64,000 bases of DNA from Dipteris shenzhenensis (GCA_047967505.1 CM106538.1); one strand, 5' to 3'; shown: positions 49,478-63,323, numbered from the stretch's first letter. Made by a program: numbers and translations. Notes: generated by a model from the letters alone, not told the origin.

Positions 49478-52400
49478 CTGTAAGAGCAATGATAGTTACG
49501 GAATAAATCAGTTGTTACAGAAGGCAATCATCCAAGGCCCAAATCAGGCAAAAACACCAAATAAAAGCAATCCAAAACACTGATGGACATTTCTAGTACC
49601 CCATAGGCAAAAGAGTCACAAGGAATGATTATAGCAAGGTATTATAACAAACCAAGTCAAGTGCTTGATGATTAACTGGAATCAGAGGGAAAGGAATTGT
49701 AGCACAAACAAAGCAACTAATTCAGTGCACCTAAACCAAGGGCTTGGTGGAATACAAAAATACAAACTTGCTAGCATTTTTATGGTGATACTTTCACAAA
49801 TAGAGTGACCTTTGTAGCTGAATTTAAGATTACGCTGTTAGGTTCACAGAATTCCTCCTTGCTTTTCGCCTGTAAACACATTTGGAAATGTTTTGAAAAG
49901 CACATTTGTTTCAATTTTAGTCTCACCCAATATTTTCTGTCATGAGGGCTGATAGACATACACAGCACTAAGAAGCTCAAAAATTATCACCAAATCTGTT
50001 GACTGCAACCAGGACAAATACTTCAGAGAGCAGAAACATGAATGAAAAAGTGTCAAGACCATGCCCAGAGTCCACGAGGTAAAGCATACTCTTCTGATAG
50101 TTGACCACAAGATTTACCAATGAAGGCCTCATGAATTCTCAAGTTTAAGAATCTGTTTCTTAAAATCAGAAACAGTACTAATGCAGAAGTGTGTACACCC
50201 GAGTACGCACACTGTCAAGACATCTATTCAACACCCCAGGAGAAAAAGGGAGACTCAGCCATAATGGTAGTGAGCACTGACTGCAAACCAAGAAATCAAT
50301 TATGCAGTGCACAGGCTAGCTCCTATGGCATGCCCAAAAAGTTCACCAGCACTCGGCAGTAGGAGAGAAGCAATGTAAAATAATATTCTCACACAAGCAC
50401 AAATTAATTTTTTTATGAGCAAGCAATCAAAAACCGGGCTAATCAAAAACATTTACTCCTCCTTAACCGAGCTACTACTGCTTATGACAACAAGAACAAG
50501 CACAGGTACGCCCGTCTACCCGACACAAGCATACTATTATATACAGCCTAGGGTTCCAAATAGAAGTGTGGGAGGGGAGAGCACGAAGGCAAGCACCTTA
50601 AAGGTGAATTTTAAATAATTAATTTTGCCAATCGGTCCCAGGCACCATGTTATGGCAGTAGCAGATTTTACAGGACATTGATCTAGCTTTGCCTAGCAGG
50701 CCTCTCTAGATAAAAAGAGGAATAATACCAATAAAGACCAGTTCCTCCAATATGAATTGCATGCAAAAATCAAAGGAAAATATGAAAAGCCAACAAATTC
50801 ACACCATTCTCAAACCAATTCGGGGCCCCAGATATAATTCACATCCTAACAAGAAATAGGCAGTAGCCTGATTTTATACAAGACCTCAAATCAACAAGAG
50901 ATTGTTTAGACAAAGCCTACCCAAAGAGATCGGCGAGCACGTGTTAATGCAACATTCATTCTGCGAATGTCAGCAACAAAGCCAACTCCATGACTTGAGG
51001 CTCGTACACATGACATGATGATAATATCACGCTCCTGTCCCTGGAAAGCATCCACTGTATTGATGTACACTGCTTTGCTTTCAGCATCAGAACCCAGAAC
51101 AGACCCAAATTCCTGCTGCAGACACTTTAACTGCAATTTGTAAGGTGTAATAACTCCAACTGAGACTTTGCTTGTTCCTTCTGTTTTTATGAAATTTTGA
51201 AGGTACTCATACAACTGTGCTGCAAACTGGGCTTCTGTTACATTCTGAAAAGAAACAGAACTTCCTTTATGAGACTCCCTGCCATGACTAACATCGTAAA
51301 ATATATAGGGCCTCAGCATAGGGTCCCTGTGATAGGCTTCGTCCGGCAATGACGACACACTATCACTGTCTACAAGGCGACCTTGGTAAAAATATCGAGA
51401 AGGGAAATCCCTAATTTGAGGGTGCATTCGATACTGTACAGACAACAACATTGTAGGACAACCTGCCTGCTGAAACCGCTCAAACAGGCTTCGGCTATAC
51501 TGTAGAGTATGTGCGGCACGGCTGATGACAGTGGCTGGCAATTGCTGAGGATCACCAACTAGAACACAGCGTGCAGCACCCAAACTAAGTGGTGGTAGTA
51601 CTGCAACTTCACTAGCTTGAGCAGCCTCATCAATAACTACCATGTCAAAACCGTGAGTGAGATGGTTGAAGAGGCGCCTTCCACTACTTGAAACCGTTGT
51701 AAAGACAATCTCTGCTTCATTTGCAAAGCTCGCCTCCAATTTAGCCCTTGCATCTTCTGGTGAATAGCCAACTCCACCACGAAAGCGACCTTCTATTATA
51801 AACAGGCGTGACATTTCAACTAACACCTTATCCCTTTCCTCTACAACAGCAGCCAGTTGCTGCAGCTTTGAATCCCTTGTCTGATCCCGTGCAGCAAGAA
51901 CATCTGGATCTACACCCACAGAACCCTGTGACCGGGCAGCAGCTGCAGTGGCACTTAGCTCCTTTTGCAAGGAGGCCATTTGTTGAGCCAGATAGGTTTC
52001 TCTAGCACGGAGTTGTTGTAACCAACCCAAAACATCATCCCGACTCATTCCCAGTAGGTGATCTGACCTTCGCTCCACAGAAACAGCTTGGGAAGCCCTT
52101 GACTGAGTATCAACGCCAACCCGGGCCACATCAGGTCGATACACCTTCATCTCCCCATCGATGAAGCCCCGCTCTAAGACTCTTGTTAGCAACTCATCGG
52201 TTGCAGCATTTGATGGGGCACAAACCAGCATTCGAGGCTTTGGGCAAAGCTTGGGAAGAATTCGTGCCAAGCTTTGATCCATCTTTTGAAGAACATCGTC
52301 AATTGAACCAGAACCTTCACCCTGACCCGAACCATTGTCATTGACAGTTTCTTCTGTCTTCAGGCTATCTGGAGCTAGTTTCTTCAGTAATGCAGCATAG

Positions 52401-55400
52401 TACCTCTGATACTGTACAAGATGTATCACATTCAACATACCCCACACAGTGTGGGTTTTACCAGTGCCAGGGGGACCTTGTACAAGAGTAAATGGCCACA
52501 GATCCTGGCGTTTCCCAGCTCCATTAGAACTGGCCGTGCCTGCTGCAGTGTGCATAGCTGCCCACTTGATTGCAGCCAATTGTGGGTCATTGAAAGTTTT
52601 ATGGAGGTGCTGCACAAAAGATTGTGTAAAGCAATCAAGCATTGCCGGAGGATCCTCATCATACCGAGGAAAAAGATCTGGTTTAGGGTGAAGGATAGCT
52701 TTGATCATCTGCAATAGGTGAACAGGAAAAGAAGCAACCATTAATGTTTGGATCAATCAGTGAACAGGAAGATTTCATAATCAGTAAGAGCATAAATCTT
52801 ACCTGCGAATGAAGATGCTGGAAGGCATGTAGAGCCACATACTCTCGCTGGGTTGTTGCAAGTGATCCAAGCACAGTTAAGTACCACATGGCCCCATTAG
52901 ACTGGTATTTTTTCTTGATAGCCTCTTCACTAGCCAATCCTGCACTGCTATCACAAGATCACAACGATGAACTTAGCATTTTTTGAAACCATTGAAAATG
53001 TAAGGGATGCCAACTGCTGTCTAGCACCCAAAAACACTCTGCCAACAGCAATGTTTACACTTTCTGGCAGCAGACGAAACATGTACTAGGCTGAACGAGC
53101 TAAACTGAACAAATCTTTTAAAGATGGTGTAAATCTGGTTTCAGATAGAAAAGCAACGACTTAATTCTAGTGCAAAAGAATGTTAAACATAGTTTGAAGC
53201 TCATACCTTTCACCAACATAAAAATGGAGGATAGCCCCATGAGGATCACGAGTGTCAACAGGTACAAAGCGCCGAACAATGCCAGCCAATCGACTCGAGA
53301 ACTCAGCATCTGATGATTCACTAATGCCAGAACCATTGCTTCGTCTCATCTTCCCAGCTGTCAATAGGAAAAATAGTCAAATAAGCATCACAAAATCATG
53401 ACATATCCCACAACTGTATCACAAACAAAATAAATCAACCTCCTTGCTAGGTGAACAAACCAAATCATTGAAGGACACAGACAAAACAAAAAAAATGAAT
53501 AAACCTCAAACTTTCAATACTTTTAAAGCTTACCATGGCAGCGAGTTGCACAACCAGACAGAGTTTCCTGACAAGTGTTTGTTCACATTCATAAAGAGGA
53601 TGTCCATAACAAGTTTATATTAAGAATATACCTGATCCAGGCTTTGGAGTGGATATGACAGCAACATCACCCTCCTTAAATCCTAGCCTAGCTTGAGGTT
53701 CGATAGGAAGAAGCACTAGATCAAACCAACCTGACAACAAATAGTTCCTTAGCATCAAAGCAGCATAGAAGGCTACTCAAAACAACACATCAATCAACCT
53801 ACAAACAATTAAAATGAAGAATTCCCCCGCACATGTTGAGGAAATCCCAATTTGTCCGTCAAGTGACACATACAATAAGCCATACACCAATGGCTACTTG
53901 CAGTACTGCATTTCAAACATAGCATATACCTCATGATAGATTCTATTTGAAGAGTTTGATTCTATGTCTGTAAATCAAAGTCACTAGACCAATTCTGCTT
54001 GAAAACATATTTGTAATACCAAACATGTCATGCAGGAAATACCCCGTTGAAATTTCCACATAATTCCTCACTGATTAATTAGAACTTGCTCTTGCTCATA
54101 TAGAAGAAGATTACAAGGTGGAAGGACATTCCCAAAAACTTTGAAATGACAATGTACACCTTTACAGAACTACTAATTAAAAAGGAAGAGGAAAGCAAAA
54201 CACAGTCAGCTTAAGTAAGTATCTAGCAACGCTCCAAAGCAACACAGGGATGGCTAATACCCATAAGTATAGATTACCCTGCAGGAAGTCAGTGGTCAAT
54301 ATCATTTGGAAAAAAAGATGACTGCTGAAGGAGCAATCCAAAACAGTAAACAAAACAAAGTACTGCCCTCACTATGTAGTAAAGAGGTTGTGCGGTTCAA
54401 GATCAAGGATCGCCCTATATCAGCGCTATTGCTTGTCCCTCGTGAGTCACGTCTAGGATCTGAAGGGCATCCATAAGTTTCTCCTTCTCGTTTGGCAATT
54501 CCACGCTTGGCTGTTCTAGTGTTTCTCACCTTTTCCCCCTCTCTCTACCATGGCCCTTAAAATACCTCTTGATCATCGATTTTTTTTAAACGCAACATTA
54601 CACTTGGTCTTGATACAACTTTTCTTTTTGTCAAGCTATTCATGCAATTTATTCTTCTTCTAACCTCCAATGCCTCCCAATCATAGTTAGGTCCGTACGT
54701 GTACATACGTTTTTTTTTATAATCCATCCGTACGTCATTCCATACGGCCTTCCGTACAATTTTTATTTTTTTTTGTTTCCGTTTTTGTGGGGGGGGGGGG
54801 AGGGGATCGATTTTGTGCCTGGCCAAAACCTTCGAAAACACATTTTTTAGAACTATTCTAATCCGTATGCTGCTAATCTGTACTCCATACACTGTTGGCG
54901 ACTTTGGCTGTGGTTGGCCTCAAGGATGGTCTCAAGGAGGATGAGGAGGATGACAGAGGATGAGGAGGATGGCACTAATGCAAATAATGATGAGGATGAG
55001 GATGAGGATGCAGCTTGAGGCTTGAGCCTTCATCGGTTGTGAATTGTGATGCATTTCAATTTTCGGCTTATTTCCGGGTTGTGGCAGCCTTTTCTTATAC
55101 GATGTTTTGCCTTTGTAGTAACTACTTCCAAGTTCCAAGTTTCTACTACCTACTACCTTTGATCATGATGTTTGGTGAAGTATTGATCTATCATTGACAC
55201 TATATATTAGAATCCAGATTCCAAATGACTCTTGTCTCTAGAGGCTGGACTCTTTGAACTTTCATGAATCATGATTCATGACTTTAATATTAATACAAGT
55301 TTGAAGTTTAAAGTTGAAAGTTGAAAGTTTTGTAGCTCTATTTGGGTAAAATTAGGGTCACGTATGTTTCAGCCCTAGGGGCTGAACCATACTACTTCCA

Positions 55401-58400
55401 TACTTGTCTAACGTATGCATATGGTAACGTATGGAAAAAACTATGATCCCAATGTGTGTTGCTCGAACTTGCTTATGTTTTCTTACATAGTTCTGCTCAA
55501 AAATCTCGACAAGTGTTATAGCTATCATGACAATGACATTATTACAAAGGGACGGCACAATCCTTTAGTGGACCTTAAATACATATTACATAAAGAGAGA
55601 GTCTCCAAAGTTGGTGTAGGGAACAAGACTAGGGACCATGAGACTCTTAAATTGAGCCCACGTGACAACATTGTTCAATGAATTTTTAACGAGTATCAAT
55701 ATAACATACTAGTGACTATGATCTTATTCTCGTCATCCTTAGGATAAAAGTAGGAATAAGCTTTGGATTCGTGATCCACTCCTCAAGCTAAGTAGGGGTC
55801 CAAGTGTCCCCTTTATGTATTGAAGCCTGTCCTTGGAATTTTTTTATGGCATAGTTATTAGGCCAACTTTCTCTAAAGTCACGTGCATCATCCTTCATAA
55901 ATCTCATTACTCAACTACTGAATTTACTACTCTTTCAAAAGGGGCATGATTTTTTACCTCTCTTCAACTAATTCACTTCCACAACCAAATCTCATTGGTC
56001 TCTATCTGATGGAGACAATGCCGTGGGAGACAGAGATGGATCGAGCTCAGGGACGTGTAATAGATTTCTACACATTCAAATCAACCCCTAGACATAGCGA
56101 AGTAGAGGAGGAGGAGATAGACGATGAGGGCAGCATGGGTCAGTGGGAGGAGAGATGCAAGGACCAGACACAATGTAGAGATGAACAAGAGGGGCTCGCT
56201 CACCCTCCCGCTCTCCCGTCCCTCCCTCCCTCCCTCTCTGGCTCACTCGTCCTCCAGCCCTCCCCCCCCTTCTCCCTCCCTCCCCAAAGGAGAGGGGCAG
56301 GTGGGCAACAAACAAGATCCCCAAGGGAGAAGGACGCAACATCTGAGTAGCATGTACTCCTAAAATGTAGAGCGGAAAATTGAATACATCTTGAAAAATC
56401 TATTGGAAGAGCCAACCAAAAAGAAAAGCTAGGAGGCTACTTAAAAGATGTTTTGCTACGAGTACAAGGACTCGCACACAAGCTAGCCCAACAAGTACTC
56501 ACTACATAGCAAGTTAGCAAGTTTGTAATATTTTGTTACACTAGATGTAAGGGATTGCTATTAGTTTATAATGATCACCGGTCCCATAGATCCAAAAGGG
56601 TCTCACACAGCAGACTTTAGTCATATCATATCATACCATCTCTCGTACACAAAACCTGAAATGCATGCGTGGAAAGCATCATACTAAGAGAGCTGTATAC
56701 AGCTCCAAAAATATGTGCAAGAAGCATACCTGCAGGAATGTATCATTGGTAGGAATGTCTAATTCAAAGTACCATGAATAGGCTTCACAGTAGGCGCCAA
56801 CACATCCTTAGAGCCCGTTTCCGCCTAGTTAAGTGGTGTTCCACCCTAGGGTTTGTTTATGATTAGCTTTCTTTGTAGAGGATATATTCCTCATTTTGGT
56901 CATTCTTACATCTCCATATTTTGGTATTCTCCCTCACCCAAACAAGATCGATGATGTGGCAAGTCGGCCGGCAGAAGACCCAGTCAGGCCAATCTGCATG
57001 GCACAGACGTAGTCCACTTAAATCTGCCCTGCAGGCCTATAAAAGGGGTCATCCCCCTCATTCTTGATCAGCTTCTGCAGCCAACAGCTCACCCCAAGCA
57101 ACTGCAGCCTCAGGCTCAACCTCCTACACAACAGAATCAGAGCCCCCTTGGGCAATAGATAGGGACAGGGAGAAGAGGAGCAGTCTGCCTCTCTCCATCT
57201 CCATCTACAGGAAAGAACCACCTACAGGAGGCCAAAGAGGACCAACAAAGCAAGGCTCGAGGTGCAAAGAAAGAATAGATCACATACGCCACTCCTGCCT
57301 AGTATCAAACCACAAGCATCAGAGAATCTAGAAAGAAGCAAAAGCCAGTGAAGTCATCATTCCTAAGGTACAACGGCAAGACAAGCCTCTTAACATGGAT
57401 ATTGACGCTTGTGTATTGCCGCTGAATCAATACACAAGCGTCGAGAAATGCATTTTGTCGTCCATGCAGCATCTTTCAAGTGCAGCCATCACATGGTGAC
57501 AAGTGGCAAGTCAAATCACTTCCGAGCTTGCCATGAATGTCGAGCTCATGAGTCTCTGAGGGTCAAGGACCCATGTCGACCTCGACAAGACGTACCAAGA
57601 ACAACAAATACGAAGGTTTCCTAGACAGCAAGACATGTGCCAAGTAGACGAAGAGAACTGTTGCTATTACTATCATGTGCAACGCCACAAGAGGTAAGAT
57701 TTTCCACACTACAAGAAACTTCACCAAGAGATAGCCACATCAATTATCCATGTGACCTATTCCAACATTAAAGTCCAAAACTCCATGATAGATCAATCAT
57801 CATAGGCATCATGACTGGAGTTTTGAAACATCAACAAACAAACATAGAGATGATAACTGAAATGAAAGTCTCAAGTCACATATCAAGAGTGAGCCATCAC
57901 AAGCAACAATGGACAAACAAAGAATTCAAAAAGAACCTTGTGACACATGTAATTAATACATGAGTCGCTCCTAGCATGCCTTGAGCACACATTTCAAGTC
58001 GACCATGGTACTCTTTACAAAAGAAGGGGCAGTTGCAACCCTACCCTGCATTCATCCTCACACACTCAAGTTCATACGCGCTTCTGCAATTGCAATTGGA
58101 TAGCAAGTGTGTGTGGGGAAGAAAAGGTGATGACTGCAATTGGGGAAAGTTGGCGATGGGTGCTACTCAAAATCCTGCTAGAACAAGCTTCACTATACTC
58201 TTCACTGAGCCCACCTAGAAAGGAGTCATTTTGGTGGATCTCGCTTTGTGTTCACCTTTGTGTTATTGTTGCAAGGAAGTCGACATCACTACTTGCAGGA
58301 ATCACTAATAAATAAGCCTCTACATTAACCTAAAGGCGTACCAACGTAGTCATTATCATTGATCACGAGTCGGCCTTTTGCTAAATGTATCAATCCTCTT

Positions 58401-58692
58401 TGAAGATAAGGCCTAGAGAGAAAAGCATAAGCATCCAAAAAATTATGATGGAAATGGGATGAGGGAGGAGAGAAAGACAATTGCATAGGCTCTAATACCC
58501 ATGTAAGAAAGTTGAAACCAAACAAAGGTAGAAAAGGCAAACAAGCGAGTACAAGTACTCGTGAGCACTACCCTTAGAGGGACGAGTTGATTTGGGAAGA
58601 GAGGGTGTGTGTGTGTGTGAAAGAGAGAGAGAGAGAGAGAGAGGGGGGAGGGGGGGGGGGGGGGGGCAAGTGGGGGTTGGGAAGGGGGAGGG

Positions 58693-58739
<47 letters not shown>

Positions 58740-58777
58740 GGGGGGGGGGGGCAAGTGGGGGTTGGGAAGGGGGAGGG

Positions 58778-58813
<36 letters not shown>

Positions 58814-59513
58814 GAGAGAGGACTTACAAGAATACAAAGTGGCCAAAAGTGGAGGGACACTTTTTTTTTTTAGTGTCAAGCCTGTAGGACGGTGCTAGAA
58901 ATAGAAAGAGAGGAAAGAGACAAAAGAGAGGATGCTTTAAAGAGAAGAAAAGAACAAATTATACCTTTATAAGACTAGAATATATCCACTTTCAAGTGGC
59001 CTGCCATGAAGGGATTCCCAATAGGAAAGAGGAAAAGAACAAGAAAAAATTGGAACGTCATTAAGTGGCCAAGAAAAAGGAGGACCAAAATAGAAACAAG
59101 AGAGAGAGGGCGAAGAAAAAGTGGAGCCTCAACTAATCACAAAAAAGCTAGAAATATTTTAAAAATTAGTAAATTTTAGCTTCGTAAGACCAAAAACGTC
59201 AATATAGGCTACCTTACCACAAGCCAAAAATCTACACAAAAAATAAAAGAGAAAATGCAAGAGAAGAAAAAGTAAAAAACACAATTTTTTGAAAAACAAA
59301 AGGAAGACATACTTAGCAAGCAAAGCAACACTTCTTTCATCAGCAGTGCCCAAGCATAAGGAGCTATACTGGGTTTCTAAGGAAACACAAGCAAACCAAT
59401 GCTTACTAAAATACACCAAATAAACAAAAGAGAAAGAAAACAAAAAATAAAGAAGAAAGGAAGAAGGTGACTAAGCAAAAATAAACAAGCAAATCAAACC
59501 AAAAAACAAGAAT

Positions 59514-59566
<53 letters not shown>

Positions 59567-62500
59567 CGTTGAAAAGCACGAAACACTCAAGTACCATGTT
59601 TGAAAAAAATGTCCAATTGTTCCTTCAACTAAACAACAAATAACTCTTACTGGAAAAGTCAAATCTCGAAAGACTCTCTGTGGCCCTACACTCTCAGCCC
59701 TTGGAGGGCTTCAATGGACTCAAGTCTTGTATGCCCACTCAACTTTACAACTCCTTGAGATAGTCCGGCCCGTATACTAAGCCCATCTTTAGCACCTTGG
59801 CTACCGACCTTCACTTGCAACTAAATAATGCCCATCTTGGCTCTAAAACTAGGCTTGCAACATCAACATAGCTAAGCTTTCGTTATTTGCTACACGATGA
59901 ACTAGTGACTTCTTGCATGCCGATAGGTCACTAGCAAAATAACTGGAGGTAAAGAGAGATGGAGCCTACACAAGCCTACACAAGTTGAGCTAGAAAGCTA
60001 CGAAGACTAGGAACGCTTAACGTCACATCAAAATTGAGGTATAATGGGTGGGAGGTGGACTTATACACTCATCTCTGATTGGATCTTTTTGTTCAATGTA
60101 TCAATCCTTCTATAGGGTTGTGGGATGAATGTGCAGGCAGCCAGAAGATTAAGAATAGGAGAAACGCATGCACTTTCAGAAGAAGGGGAGAAAGAAAGGG
60201 AAGCTGGGGCGAAGAGGGATGGTGCCAAGTCAAGCAAGAAACAGGGAAGGAACTTACTAGCTTGCGAGTGTAAAGTCTACCTCTAGCCAAATTAGACCTC
60301 AAGTCACTACTAACATAACCAGTGAGAGAGAGAGGAGCAAGACACAACTGATCGGGGATGTGGTACTAAATAGCGGGCAAAAAGGATGCCTAAACCTCCT
60401 CAATATAGATTCTCAATATAGATTGCCCTTGTTTACAGGCATAAAATATTATTCCCATACTGTCTTCAGAAGCCTTGCCTCTAGGCAACAGTGGGTTCCT
60501 GCATAAGACTACCAACCTCTCTTCTATCAGCAAGAAAGGGTAGCACATCTTGAATCTTTCATAATGATCTATAGAAAAGGCAAATTTGATGCAAAACACA
60601 TGTGGAACCTCATACTCATTCAAGGCAAGATGTTAAACACACCTGGAGAACAAACTTTTTTAAGCACATCAAAGAATTACAAATCTCAAGAAGAACAAAG
60701 CGGCATATTACCTCTTTCACGCTTATCAACAAGTTTCACAGAGACTTGAATATGCACATCCTTAATGGAGACTCCATCACTTAATTCCTCCCACGTGCTA
60801 TGCAGCTGTGCTCTGCACTCCTCAAAGAGCAGCGGTTCAAAAACATTTACATACTCCTGGACTGATTCAAAGCTGCCTGGAACACGCTGCAATTCAGCCT
60901 CACCTGTAGGCATTTTAGGAAGACCATAAGTCACACAAACTTCTCAAGAGGCATCTTATCAATCTACTAGGGCTCCACAATACAAATCACAGGATGTATG
61001 TCAATTCTACCATAATAAGTACTTCCTCAAAAAGAGAGACTGCAACATATGAGTTCAATACTGATAAAACCTAAAATAGCATCTGAGTATATAGAAGGAA
61101 GGGGTAGGCACAGAAACTAGCTTTGACATGTGCGTCATTCTTCCCACTAACAATCACAAAGCAGGGCATCCAGCTAGAGCAAGAAAGCAAACATTGATTT
61201 CTGGGCAACCTTCAGGTTGTTATGAAGACTACACACTAACAGAGAGTAAAAGTAGTCTACAGACCACCCAAGGATATCTGGAAATAGAAATCCAACTTGA
61301 CCACAGAAATACCAAACCCTCCTTGCTCATTCCAGATGCTGACATGTCCAAGCATATCTTTGAATGTCAAGCGGTGCCTCTGCTGCATCCATTTATAGCA
61401 ATGGTGCTTATCATCATTACAAAGGCCAGCTACCGTTCTTCAACAATAATTTCCAAAACAGTTGCAAATCCATTACCCAAGGATGTGTATGCACTGCCCC
61501 CGCCAGCTGGTCACAGCATAAGAGTGGCCTGGCTCATTTGCTGTATTCGCATCACCAGCACTGATTATGAGGAGGCATGAGCAAACTCTACCGTGTAGAC
61601 AAGCACTCACATATATTTATTTAAAAACTTAGGTTACCCCGAACTACCAAAAAGCAAGACAGAAACACCAGATAGCAACAAACAGACTATCTTGAATTAC
61701 GAACCAGGCGATTTCCATAGCTTATCACAGGTAGCTTCTCGATGCAGACGCTCAATAGATGAATCCTGAGCATGATATGTGTTTCCTGAAGCAGCTTGTT
61801 TCCGGAAATTGTTCATGTTTTTCTTGGGAAGAGGCCTCAAAAAATTAGTTGGCTTTTCATCTGCTCCTGCCTTCCCCTGGCCTGCTGACGTTGAATGTTT
61901 ACCCACAGTTTTCGAGAACAGAGCCTGTTTTGGTGTATCATCACCTTGTCCTTGCTTCCAAGAATTATGCCTAGCTGAAACACTTTCTGCTAGAGTATTT
62001 GAAGGAAATGACCCAACTTTCTTGGCTGGCACTTGGGACTGCTTTGGTGCATCAGAAGCGCTCGGCTCTGGACCTTCAGCCACTGCATTATTGCTGTTCC
62101 TCGACTCTGATAAGCACGCAGTAGCCCCTGCCTTACCCCCCTCACTGGATGGACTGGAGTTTTTCTGCTCCTTGGGCCTTGTGGCAGAGTCCCAGCTTTT
62201 CTCTGCAGCAGGCTGAGCAAGTGGGGTCTTGGGTGCATCTTTGTGGTGTCGAGAAAGAGATGGGGATGACAAATTTCTCTTTGACATGGAAGCTTTTGGA
62301 GGAGCTGCTTGCCGGGGCGCCTCCCTAACGTCCAAGAACATGGTTTGCCTGTTACGCTTCTTACCCAGCATGGCATCCTTGTGATCTGATCTTCCCCTCT
62401 TTCCAAAGCTCGAAGAAAACTTACCTTCCACGAATGACTGGTGTCCCCTCAACGCATCTGCTTTAACAGTGGCATCAATTGGTGCAGATCGGAGCGAGGC

Positions 62501-63323
62501 ATTCTCCTCAGTTTCAGATGCAACTCGGCAGCTAGACTTGGCTAGCACGGTTTCCTGGGACTCCATTGCGTCTCCCACAGAAGCTTCGCAAAGATGTGTA
62601 GCGCCTGCAGCATCATTGGTACTGTCATCGACAGCCATGCCTTTCACCTCTGAAGGACTCCCCTCCGTCTCAGAGGCTTTTCGGGGTCTACCATCTGCCA
62701 GAGTTAAGACGGCCTTTAATAATTTTGTAGGCAAGCCATCCACATATCAAAAACCAAAAGATTTCAGACTTATGAAGCTAAAAATTGAGCTCACCGCTTT
62801 CAGATTCCACATTATGTTGATCACTATCCAAAGTTTCGGAAACTCCAAGTTCTCCATCCTCCATTTCAAGGTCCTTCATGCTTTCCGTTTTAGCATCGTC
62901 ATCTTCCGAGTCCTTTACATCACAGCTTTTAACACTTGAACTCCTGGGTGAAGCACAGCACCTTGACGAAGGCATAGTAACAACGGGGCCAGCATCTTGG
63001 AGAGTAAGGGACGCTCCCTTTACATCAGATTCAACCTTAACGTCACGCACAGGCTCTTCAGGAGCAACGTTCCTGCGAATAGACCTCACAAAAGGACGAA
63101 AACATGAAAGAGGATGCTGCCCAGGTGGAAGGGGGGCTACATCCAACGACTGTGGAACGACAGGAGGCAGGTGTGGGAAAATCCAAGCAACTTGTTCATT
63201 TCCTGTCGCAGAAGGAGGCTGAAAATTTTGTGGCTTCGTTTCACCGGCTGGAGACAAATCACAATCATCTTGTGCGGGAGGAAGTTCGTTTAGGTCAAAC
63301 ATCGGCCTTCCCTTGGACCCCAT
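48998..63323 (-). CDS. SEN1/senataxin-like (UPF1-like SF1B) helicase gene, 8 coding exons, 1457 aa; resembles the Arabidopsis At4g30100/At2g19120 type
   Basis: join(63323-62795,62694-61705,60903-60712,53730-53632,53357-53207,52947-52803,52708-50921,49477-48998) = 4374 nt with all GT-AG introns and matching phases. Motifs: FDLNELP N-terminus, YVNVFEPLLFEECRAQL, QGPPGTGKT, CAPSNAATDEL, VIDEAAQ, VGDPQQLPA, QYRMHP, TVDAFQGQE, RMNVALTRAR. The Arabidopsis resemblance is from memory. Confidence 0.95.
50921..52708 (-). CDS. Helicase exon 7 (helicase core)
   Basis: Acceptor TTGCAG|ATG, donor TGG|GTAGGC; contains SF1 motifs I-VI. Confidence 0.97.
52803..52947 (-). CDS. Helicase exon 6
   Basis: TAG|CAG| tandem acceptor (52947 or 52944); WYLTVLGSLATTQREYVALHAF; donor CAG|GTAAGA. 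Confidence 0.9.
53207..53357 (-). CDS. Helicase exon 5
   Basis: Acceptor TGACAG|; RLAGIVRRFVPVDTRDPHGAILHFYVG; donor AAG|GTATGA. Confidence 0.9.
53632..53730 (-). CDS. Helicase exon 4 (99 nt, not in the ORF track)
   Basis: Acceptor TGTCAG|; GWFDLVLLPIEPQARLGFKEGDVAVISTPKPGS; donor CAG|GTATAT. Confidence 0.9.
54682..55445. mobile_element. hAT-type non-autonomous DNA transposon (MITE) in helicase intron 3
   Basis: Short TIRs CATAGTT/AACTATG; 8-bp TSD CTCCCAAT (54674-54681)/ATCCCAAT (55446-55453); clustered subterminal CCGTAC/CATAC/CGTATG motifs at both ends. Confidence 0.8.
58604..58821 (+). repeat. Compound (GT)n(GA)n/poly-G tract with a duplicated unit
   Basis: [G-run CAAGTGGGGGTTGGGAAGGGGGAGGGG(AG)n] x2. 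Confidence 0.95.
59518..59562 (+). repeat. (TC)n(AC)n microsatellite
   Basis: Read directly. Confidence 0.95.
60712..60903 (-). CDS. Helicase exon 3
   Basis: Acceptor CTACAG|; ELQRVPGSFESVQEYVNVFEPLLFEECRAQLHSTWEE; donor GAG|GTAATA. Confidence 0.93.
61705..62694 (-). CDS. Helicase exon 2 (disordered N-terminal region)
   Basis: Acceptor TGGCAG|; AMLGKKRNRQTMFLD, QDSSIERLHREATCDKLW; donor CTG|GTTCGT. Confidence 0.9.
62795..63323 (-). CDS. Helicase exon 1 (coding part)
   Basis: MGSKGRPMFDLNELPP..FRPFVR..EMEDGE; donor GCG|GTGAGC. Confidence 0.88.

Larger units (their letters stand above)
56366..59862. mobile_element. Degenerate LTR-like repeat material in helicase intron 3; boundaries unresolved
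   Basis: TGTAGAG (56366) and CTCTACA (ending 58324) form inverted ends; CCTATAAAAG at ~57036; a TGTTGC-type end on the minus strand at 59862; no convincing TSD. Confidence 0.35.

Noticed and set aside
50906-52756. Stand-alone 616-aa helicase ORF
   Set aside because: Its ends are intronic read-through; the true exon is 52708-50921
57707-57718. CACTACAAGAAA, an En/Spm-like TIR
   Set aside because: No matching inverted end, 3-bp TSD or transposase remnant nearby
58443-58898. Pro/Ser-Leu and Glu-Arg-rich ORFs
   Set aside because: Translations of microsatellite and poly-G sequence
61128-62939. Plus-strand ORFs of 150, 145 and 156 aa
   Set aside because: Antisense to helicase intron 2 and exon 2, with no recognisable domain or splice support
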